From NCBI RefSeq assembly GCF_000315625.1, contig NW_005434559.1, forward strand, positions 80,276-144,275: a stretch of 64,000 nucleotides of DNA, read 5' to 3'. The notes below the pieces were generated by a model. That model ran no database searches, was not told the DNA's origin, and was given only the letters and a program-made list of their open reading frames with translations. Each line of letters opens with the position of its first letter. Position 1 is the first letter of the stretch. Shown piece after piece: positions 1 through 8,972 of this stretch. Made by a program: the position numbers and the translations under genes. The DNA comes from Guillardia theta CCMP2712 (taxonomy: Eukaryota; Protista; Cryptophyta).

Positions 1-147
1 TCAAGCTCGCCTCGTCCTCGTCCTGTCCTCTCCTCCCCTCTGCTCTGCTCGGCTCTGCTCTGCTCCGCTCCGCTCCGCTCTCCCTCCCCTCCCTTCCCCC
101 GCGCTTCCCTCCCCTCACCCTCGTCTCTGCACCTCCATCGCTCTCAC

Positions 148-565
148 GCTGCCCCCCCCTCATTGCGGCTCATGTGCATTTCGATGTGTACCACAATGTT
201 GGTGGAACCGAAACATATAAACAAAATCAGAACAAAATGCTGCCTGGAAGAAGAGGAGGAGAGTCAAGGAGAGCAAGAAAGGAGGGAGGGAAGGACGAGG
301 GTGAGAGGCAGGGTGAGTGAGAGGGAGAGGATGAGGGAGAGGATGAATGAGGGAGAGCGAGAGCGAGAGCGAGAGCGAGAGCGAGAGCGAGAGCGAGAGC
401 GAGAGCGAGAGCGAGAGTTGCTGGAGGAAGGGAAAGGAGAAAGTCGGCAGTAAGAGTTGGGGTGAGAGATATGAACGAGACATGAGATGTGAAGATGTTG
501 AAACATCTGCGTGCTCGACACACTTCACGTAGGGAGCAGATGAGACGCAGAGCTCCAACTGACAT
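148..565 (-). CDS. 5' part of a spliced gene of unknown function running off the left edge
   Basis: Minus-strand pyrimidine tract and cag acceptor near 246, an open hydrophobic exon (QHFVLILFICFGSTNIVVHIEMHMSRNEGG), a gtgaga donor near 148 and a candidate ATG at 565. No recognisable domain. Confidence 0.3.
355..416. repeat. (GAGCGA)n microsatellite, probably intronic
   Basis: About 10 direct hexamer copies. Confidence 0.95.
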
Positions 566-672
566 GTTCCCTGCTCACCCTTGATCTCAGAGACAAGACA
601 AGTGAGGAGCATCGCTGCCTTCGGAGCCTCTCCGACCTCCTTCACTGATCCTCCTCCCCAGCATCACCCAGC

Positions 673-2799
673 ATGCTCAGTGTCAGGAGCGTCGCCGTCG
701 TCCTCTTGCTTTCAACAACCACGACTGTCAGCTTCAACGTCAGGTGGAGTGCGGTCAGACCGCTGTCGCGCAGTGGGAGCCTTCCATGTCCCAGCAGGAG
801 GAATGAGCCCAGGACAAGGATGAGACGAGCCGGCAGGCAGCTGGTAGCATGCAGCAAGGATACCTCGGAGCAGAAAGATGCCACCCAGAGCCTGGCTGCA
901 ATTGCAGAGATGGAGAGGAGGAGGCAACAGGAGGAGGAGATGAGAAACTCTGGCAGCATCGGGTGGGAGTGTTTGCGGGATACCCCCCAATCCAAACAGG
1001 AGCTGCGGGAGCTGCAGCTGAAGTTCGGGGCGGAGGTGGTGCCTGCAACTTATCCAGCCCCAGAGCCTCTCATGAAGTTCATGAAGAAAGGGCGCGATCG
1101 AGTGGTGGACGTTGTGTCCAAGTTCTCTCTACTTCCGCAGGCCGAGGTCATCGCAGCTTCCTCCTCCGGCGTTCTTCTAGCTGATCTTTCGCACTGGGGG
1201 GCGCTTGTGGTGACAGGAGAGGACAGGTACAAGTTTCTCAGCGGGCTCTGCACCAACAGAGTAGTCGGGCTCAGGCCTGGCGACGTCAGACAGGCTTGCT
1301 TCCTGTCCAAGGTCGGAAGGACGGTTGACCTGTGTACCATTGCTGTCTTGTCGGACAGCCTCCTAGTCCTCTGCTCTCCCAACCGCGTTCTCCAGCTTTT
1401 TCAGGACCTCGATGCTCTCATCTTCCCCAAGGACAAGGTCAAGTGCCTGGACGTGTCGGAGGGCCTTGCACGCTTCCACCTCGTCGGCCCCAAGGCTGAG
1501 GAGTTCTTGTCCCAGATGCCGGGTATCACCCTCCCGGAGCCCTTCTGTTCCTCCCCGCTGGTGTTGGAGGGCAAGTCGATGAACGGCCTCGTCCTGCATG
1601 GCGCTGGTTGCTCCGTTCCTGGATACACGATCGTCGCTGCTTCAGGAGACGGGAGAGTCCTATGGGAGGAGTTCATGAAAGGTTCGCTGCTGCTTCGCCC
1701 CCTACCCCTCCTCCGCCACCCCTGGCTGACTGTCTCTCCGCCCAGTTGCGGAGCCCGGGCCCCTCCGTGTCGGGCAGGAGGGCTGGGAGGTACTGAGAAT
1801 GGTTGACGGGGTAACGAAGGAGTCAGTGCCGTTGACAGGGATTTGAGCCTGCCCGACAGGTACCCGCTGCCGGATCAGAGCTGACCTTGGAATACAATCC
1901 GCTGGAAGCTGGATTGTGGTCGACTGTATCGTTCGGTGCTTCAACGTCCTCTTCCGCTCCTTCTCACCCCTCCTCCTCTCCTCCTCTCCTCCTCTCTCCG
2001 TCTCTCCTCCTCTCACCTCCTTGTCTTCTCCCTGACTTTCGTGCTCTTTCTCAACTTTTGTTGGCAGACAAAGGATGTTACATCGGACAAGAGTCCATGG
2101 CACGACTCAAAGTGAGAAGGAGGGAAGAGAGGAGCGGGATGAAGTGGAAAGGAGATTGGATGTAACGTGGTTATCATCCATAGACTTACGACGGGGTCAA
2201 GCAAAACCTCTGGGCTATTCAGTTCCCAGCAGACAAGTCAGGGGCAAAGAGCTCGAGAGCGCTGGTGGGAGCCAAGTTGTTCGCGGTGAGCGCTTGCGAG
2301 TCAGGACAGAGCAGAAGGCTGAAGCTAGCATGTGAAGGAGAGGGAAGGGGAAGGAAGATCCATCGGGACGATCACGTCCGTCCTCCCGGAGCCCTTGCGC
2401 ACCCCAGGTAACACAGGCGGGAAGAGCAGAGGGAGGAAAGAAAGGATTATTTGCAGCTGCTCGCTCATTCAGCATGCAGATGGCGAGGTTGTCCATTGCC
2501 TCGGGTACGTCAAGGGAGGGCGAGACGTGGAAGACTCCAGCATCTTTGCTGAGCTCGCCGGGGTAGACCTCTGTCTTCCTCCTCCTTTTCCTGCTCCCTG
2601 CTCCCTGCTCCTACCCCGCTACATGTTCCCTTGCCAGCGATCTCATCCTGTAGCAGGAGACAGAGACAAGGGAACGGATACAGGGTGTCGTTCGAGACCT
2701 TCCCTTCGCGACGAGAACGGTGAGAGGATCAGCAAGGGCTCGTTACCCTCTGACAGCAGAATGCAGGTAGAGGAGTCGGCTGACAGCATCAGGACTTGA
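673..2799 (+). CDS. YgfZ/GcvT-family folate-binding protein (COG0354-type), likely plastid-targeted; multi-exon, 3' end approximate
   Basis: DLSHWGALVVTGEDRYKFLSGLCTN GcvT N-terminal motif. Spliced exons give EYNPLEAGLWSTVSF and the YgfZ signature KGCYIGQE (about 2070-2095). The N-terminus is a signal peptide ending VS-F followed by an R/S-rich transit-like segment. Confidence 0.9.
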
Positions 2800-3221
2800 A
2801 GTTGAAAGGGAACTGCAGGAGAAGGGTAGCGGAGGCCAGCATCTCAGATCCGATGTAGGTGTTGTCTTGATTTTCAAGGAGGAGAAAAGTTTTGATTCTA
2901 CCTTTACCAAGTCCCATCTTACACTGAGCGTCCGATACTAGATACAGCACATGAATCGTATTTTCCTGGGCAATCCACCTCAACGACTTTTCCTTGCCTC
3001 TTCAAACATCCTAATGTGAATTTTCTCACCATGATCATGATCTGAATTCGCAATATTGTGAATTTCATTGATGAGGATGATTATCACCATAATTTTTTGG
3101 TTGTTACGCGAGAGGGGTCCGCCCAACTATGCAACATCAATGGGGATACTATCTGCTCATCCTCTTCCATCAATGATAGCCATGTTATCTGCTCAGATTT
3201 TTCTCTTTCAATCTCAGTAGG

Positions 3222-3397
3222 CCCTCCATCTCCTCCCACCCCTGTATCCCCTCTCTTCCTACTAACCCCGCTCTTCTCTCCATCTCCTCCCACCCCTGTA
3301 TCCCCTCTCTTCCTACTAACCCCGCTCTTCCCTCCATCTCCTCCCACCCTTGTATCCCCTCTCTTCCTACTAACCCCGCTCTTCCCTCCATCTCCTC
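3222..3397. repeat. 54-bp pyrimidine-rich minisatellite, about 3.3 copies
   Basis: Unit ccctccatctcctcccacccctgtatcccctctcttcctactaaccccgctctt starts at 3222, 3276 and 3330, with a partial copy at 3384. Confidence 0.95.
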
Positions 3398-3557
3398 TCC
3401 TCCTTCTATCGTGCACATCACACCTCCATCACACCATCTCAGTGTCAGGGCATCAGTGTCGCTCCATTGAACTCGCGTGTAGGAGACTTCGATCGTCTCA
3501 TCTATCGCACATACCATTGGGTATTATGCACACAAACTTTTGACTGCAAAACTTACC

Positions 3558-5770
3558 GCAACAATACCAAGAGTTGCGAGTTCGTCTGATGCCTTTAAAA
3601 AATAGTATTATATATTTAAACATTATTATTATTAGTGTACGAAGTGATCACAACAGGTACAGTGTTTGTTTACAGATGGCTAGAATCACACATTATATAG
3701 TGTATAGAATTTCTATATATTTGACTGAACTCTGTATGCTTATGATCAAATTAACACAGCACATGGTACTCCATTTTTTTAAAAATAATTTAATTGAGAC
3801 ATGGGACTTTTGACTGCCAATTCTGGGGCAACAATCTGAAGCAATGCGAATTTTTTTGATTTGAGACCAATCTAAACCGTTGCAATAATTTTATAAGTGG
3901 GTTGTTGATTCGCCTGTCAACCGGAGGGCAACAATCTGAAACGATGTGAAACCATGTGCTGCCCTGAGTTTTGCCTGTCAGAGCTATGGGGCAACAATCC
4001 CAATCGATGGGTTTTGAAGAGACCTGGGCAGGATCTGCCACGAAAAGGTCTACTTCCAGGGGTATGTTTGAAACACGCAATGGTTCGTATTGTTGCGTCA
4101 GGGCTCACAGTCACAACTCTCAACCACCAGACATGAAGGTGGTATTGGTGAGGATAAACAGACCCGCCTCGCGATATTTGATAAATACAGCATAAGGCAG
4201 CGAACTTTCATAGCAGATATGAGTTGCTCCTGTCAAAAGATGAAACTCACAACCATTGGGATTGTTGCTCAAAAATTTGGAGTCAAATGTCGCATGACTG
4301 CCTTTTCAGAGATGCAACGCTTCAGATTGTTGCGGGAAAGTTGAGAGTCAAAACTCTTGCCGGTGCACCCCCAATTCCACAAATCAAAACAAATCGCATC
4401 GCTCTGTATTGTTGCTTCAGACCATGCAGTCAAAAGTCAGATTACCTGTCAGAAACATGCAATTTTTCGTATTGTTGCCAGGCAATTTGCGATGTGACCA
4501 CTCGTTACACCCCGTGACCATGCTTTTCACCCCTTCGATTGATGACTCGTCGTCCCTCGTGACAGCCAAATTTGGCTCGTCGCTTCCCCCGATTCCTAAG
4601 CCCCGCAACAATACGAATCGCTCTTAGATAAGGAATAAAAGATGGAACGGTTCGTATTGTTGCTAGACTGTATGTTCCCAGGGGAAGAATCAAGACAACC
4701 CCGATTTGAGACGATGAATCGCCGGGTACATGTACTGCCAAGACCCCATCGTTTCGTATTGTTGCTAGACTCTAGTTCGTTTGGGGAGGGGGAACCCCCT
4801 ACACCCCCTGGATTTCCTTTCAGTATACCCGTACCCTGTCGACTCAGACCCTGTCGTTTGCTATTTTAGTCTGTGTGGGGAAAGGGACCCCATGGACCCC
4901 TCTAACATTCGAGTGATACACCCGTACTCTTTGTTCTCGGACCCCGTCGTTTGGTATTGTTGCTAGACTCTAGTTCCTGATAACCCTTGGGGAGGGGGAA
5001 CCCCCTACTCCCCTCTACTCCCCTGATTATATTGACCCGTACCCGTGCTCTTTGTTCTCGGACCCCGTCGTTTGGTATTGTTGCTAGACTCTATTGCTAG
5101 ACTCTAGTTCCTGGATGCATCCTTGTACCCCTCAATTGGTATGCAAGGACCCCGTCGTTTGGTATTGTTGCTAGACTCTAGTTCCTGGATGCATCCTTGT
5201 ACCCCTCAATTGGTATGCAAGGACCCCGTCGTTTGGTATTGTTGCTAGACTCTAGTTCCTGGATGCATCCTTGTACCCCTCAATTGGTATGCAAGGACCC
5301 CGTCGTTTGGTATTGTTGCTAGACTCTAGTTCCTGGATGCATCCTTGTACCCCTCAATTGGTATGCAAGGACCCCATCGTTTGGTATTGTTGCTAGACTC
5401 TAGTTCCTGGGGTACATTTTGTGGGTGTAAACCCCGTCGTTTGGTATTGTTGCTAGACCCCAGTTCCTGGCAACAGCTGATCATACCCCTCGAATTATAG
5501 ACCCTCTCTTTTCCAGCAATAGAGCGGGGAAACCACCCGTACCTTTTTGCACAACAAAACTGAGTCGATTCGCTTTGTTGCTGGACAAAAGTGGATACAA
5601 ACCATCGTGCAACTGAGGCGGGCTATCAAAACATGCATCGTTTCTCATTGTTGCTAGGCAAAACTCGGTACAGATATAGCACTCTCAACCACAACGGTTT
5701 GAATTGTTGCCAGGTAAAAGTTTTGACTGGCCAGCGACACGGGTGAAAAGACAACGCTTCAGATTGTTGC
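3558..5770. repeat. Interspersed array of about 20 copies of a ~16-bp motif (cgNttNNNATTGTTGC) with mostly unique spacers and an orientation switch
   Basis: GCAACAAT at 3558, 3828, 3928, 3991 and 4605. ATTGTTGC at 4089, 4261, 4326, 4408, 4471, 4656, 4758, 4956, 5077, 5164, 5238, 5312, 5386, 5446, 5647, 5703 and 5763. Confidence 0.9.
5095..5410 (+). repeat. Homogenised 74-bp tandem repeat (about 4.3 copies) inside the motif array
   Basis: Unit gaccccgtcgtttggtattgttgctagactctagttcctgg + atgcatccttgtacccctcaattggtatgcaag; cores exactly 74 bp apart at 5164, 5238, 5312 and 5386. Confidence 0.95.
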
Positions 5771-5879
5771 TAGGCAAAACTGGATACAAATGGGGTTGCT
5801 CGTATTTGAAAATGTTTGATGCCTTGAGTTATTGATCATTGATTTGAAATCTGAAGGATCCAAAAAAAAATCCGACAGA

Positions 5880-6475
5880 AGTAGCCGGGCCGCCGGCCGG
5901 GTCGAACCGTGAACGCCGGTCCGTCCGATCACTGAGTCGCCGTGGTGACGGTGGCCGCACCGGGCACCATGGCCACCGGAACTTCGGAACAAACAAACTG
6001 TCGGAACTTGGAATGGAAACCGTGACCGTACTGTAACAGTGTCGAGAGTCTGAGTGAACGCGTCGTCGGAGGCCGATCGGACTCGGAGAGCCGGCAGACT
6101 CTGAGAGCGCCGGCCCGGGGGGCCGGGGGCGCGGCCGGGCGTTACCGTCTCGGACCGGGCCCGGGCCCGGACTCCCCGACTCAGTCGGACTCTCCGACTC
6201 TGAGATCATCGGATGACATGCCAGGCATGCCCCCCCGGCGCCGCCGCGCCGCGCGGCGCGGCCGGCAGGCTAGCAGGAGTCGCTGAGAGTCACGGTCCGC
6301 CGGACGGTCCCGGGAACGGCGTCAAGTTCCGACAGCCCCTGAGTATCATCCACTGGGCCACCGTACCATATGGTACGGTCTCCGGCTGGCCCGGAATACC
6401 ATAGTACCCGGCCGGGCGCTGCCTGCGGCCCCCCGCGGCCGGCCGCGCTCTCAGTCACATCATAGTACCGTACCG
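5880..6475. other. CpG- and palindrome-rich GC island (recurrent class)
   Basis: Very high GC, dense in CCGG, GGCC, GTAC, GAGTC/GACTC and CTGAG words; overlapping ORFs are low-complexity Arg/Pro/Gly/Ala. Confidence 0.7.
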
Positions 6476-6994
6476 TTCACAATGAAAGTTTCGGCAGTAT
6501 CGCTCTCGCATGGGTCAAGTTGCCGTACTCGGGCCTCGCAGGAGCCTTGCGCTACAGTGCGTCCCGCTGTGCTTGTCGTGCATGCCGGGCCGGCCGGCCG
6601 TCGCTCAGCGGCTTGCGTGGTTCAAACGCCGTTGGAGTAGCGGTTGGCAAGTTTTCGGCAGTGCCTCCTCCGTTTCCTGGGCAGTGGTGTTTTTTCTTGA
6701 GGCAGATTTGTAGGCCCCCGTTTCTCCCGGTTGAAGTTTTCCTCCCTAATTGCTCCGGGTTTGCCTTTCCTTTTTCAGTCAATAAAGGACATATAAAGGG
6801 ACTTCATTCATGAAAAAAACAAGTTTGTGGCTTTCCCTCCCCCTCCTGTATCCTCCATCTTCATCGAAATGCCGCCAAGACTGAGGTTTGCGGGTGTCCT
6901 AAATATGCTTCATCCCTTCCTGTCCCACTCTCTATCTTCTTCCCTCCTCTGTTTGTTGCTAGGGTTGCATGAATATTCAACATTACGCCGCATA

Positions 6995-8630
6995 ATGCCA
7001 CGAAAGAGAACAACAGGTTGCGAGTTCACCAGAGATCAGACAGTAAAATGTTGTCTCAAGAAACATGTCAAGGAGAAACCATTGATACCTGTCATTGACA
7101 AAGGGGTCGATCACATCGCCAAGATCTCGTATCGTGGTAGCCTCATATTCAACAAATTTCTGATATGTTGCTTTGAAAGGGACTCTGAACAGCCTGAAAG
7201 AGATCGATTATCAGAGTTCTTCTCTCAATTGAATGCAATCAAGTCAAACAAACACGATTTGTTTATTTGTTGCTGTTTTTTGTTAGGTATAAAGGTTGAT
7301 CATGGTAGAAAAACAACAAATTTCAACATTTTGAGTGAGTTCTGGGAATCAAAGAAGGACTTGTACACCTTGGAACTGAGCCGTATTAACGGTGCCGGAC
7401 AAGCATTGACGTACATCACCAACCAATACGCAACGAATTTCACGACGCATATGAATTTCATTGTCAATGCACGTCACATCAAGCACATTACGCTCTGGAG
7501 GGAAACAAACAATGTTTTCTCAGACAAAAAGAAAAACGAAATATTTGGCATCGGATCGAAGATCAATGGCTGGCATTTAAAGCGAAAACAGTAATGAAAG
7601 AAGAACAGTTTCTTAGTGTGTTCACAATAAAAAATACAACAAGTCAGGGAAGCGAGTTTCTTTGTGTGATCGTTTTATATGGATTGATCTAGGGCGAGCC
7701 GTTTTGATATGCGGGATTGAGGTTGTTGATTCACAAGATACGAGTCAGATCAAGAGATATCGATTCACTCGAGAAAAAATCTACTTTGAGTCGCATAAAT
7801 ACCCCCGCATATTTCATTGCGCCAGAGGAAGATTGAACAATGGCAGAAATCCGTCAGAGATATCGAAGAAATGAGGACGCACTTTTCGTTGAAGACATGT
7901 CTCCTCGATTCTTCTGAAGAGTCACTTACCGCGTTTTTGGGTATGTTTGATGGCTTATACATCCATGAAAGTTACAGCAAAACGAAATGGGGCATCATGA
8001 GAATGGATAACTACATTCATAAACGGAACGCTGTCGATCGTTTCTTTGAAACCATGGAGGGAAGAAAGAAAGGTCTATCGTAATCGTCATCTGTGTCGTC
8101 ATCGTCATCTGCGAAGGCTTCCATCGTGAAGGCAACCCTTCGCCTGTTTGCGCTCAAAGCATCCTCGCAATATCCGCAGTGGATATGAGGAAGGTTGCAG
8201 AGCTTGGCATGTTGATGCAGAGTGTCTTCCCGAAACATGTCCTTTTGTTCGTGGACGAGTCTGGAGACAAGATCCCCTGCCAGATGGGGTCGTTCTTGAG
8301 CATTTGCATCAATTCCGACTGTCAGCATTAACATTCCAAACATGCTCGTCGTACAAGTCGGGATTGACGCACATACTCAAGAATTACGGGGTTACAATGA
8401 GCATGGAGGCGGTGAAAACATTGAGCAGTGACTTCAGAGGATTGATGCGAACATTGAATCTTTTCGGGAATGTACCCAACACGAATAAATGACAACAGGC
8501 AAGGTTCCCTTGTCATGCCATTTGTACTCAGTATTCGCCAAGATTAAACTTGATGTCCAGATCGTCAAGTTTAATTTTGGCGAATACTGAACTCGGGACT
8601 GAAAATCTCTCACAGAGCATGAAGTGAGGA
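6995..8630 (+). pseudogene. Fanzor1 (eukaryotic TnpB-derived RNA-guided endonuclease), frameshifted and internally deleted
   Basis: N-terminal TVKCCLKKHV...IDKGVDHIAKISYRGSLIFNKFL matches the Fanzor1 N-terminal pattern. RuvC-I-like FIWIDLGRAVLI (about 7675-7710) is followed by YRFTREKIYFES. Bridge-helix-like KWGIMRMDNYIHKRNAVDRFF (about 7985-8047) and C-terminal DFRGLMR (about 8430-8450). Split across at least four ORF pieces by stops and frameshifts; intronless and AT-richer than host genes. Confidence 0.72.
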
Positions 8631-8800
8631 ACAAACGTGATTGTTTTGGTTTTTTCTTGAAGTCCTAAGGTAACCACACTGGGACTCCTCTTGAACCACA
8701 ATTCAAGAGCAAATGCTTCTTAGCTGGTCAAGCAGCAGGAACTTCAGCTTGCAGCATTGTAAGTGACGCATGGTGATGCATGAGTGATGCATCTTGCGCT
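8630..8800 (+). ncRNA. Candidate omegaRNA scaffold / element right end of the Fanzor locus
   Basis: Lies just 3' of the Fanzor remnant. Stem-loops ctcttgaa-ccacaa-ttcaagag (8688-8709) and gatgcat-gagtg-atgcatc (8775-8793, extendable by cgca/tgcg). Positional inference only. Confidence 0.3.
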
Positions 8801-8972
8801 ATGTAACTAATGCATGTTCATTGGCCTGCAAGTATACTTCACGGCAATCTTCTCAGGGAGTGCAAGCTATCACAGTCTTCTCAACTCCTGCTTGTACACT
8901 GCTGCAGCTCTGCCGCCCCGTGTCGGACCTTCGCCTCTCCTCCAAGCAACTGCTTCCTGTGATGAGAGGAGT

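Noticed and set aside
4940-5470. Canonical CRISPR array (41-bp repeat, 33-bp spacer)
   Set aside because: Four consecutive spacers are identical, other spacer lengths vary widely, there are no cas genes, and the context is eukaryotic. Kept as an unexplained repeat array instead.
8090-8330. VLLFVDE as the Fanzor RuvC-II catalytic motif
   Set aside because: The position is plausible but the surrounding residues do not fit the usual DEyrTSk.C pattern and it could be an unrelated Walker-B-like fragment. Not used as evidence.
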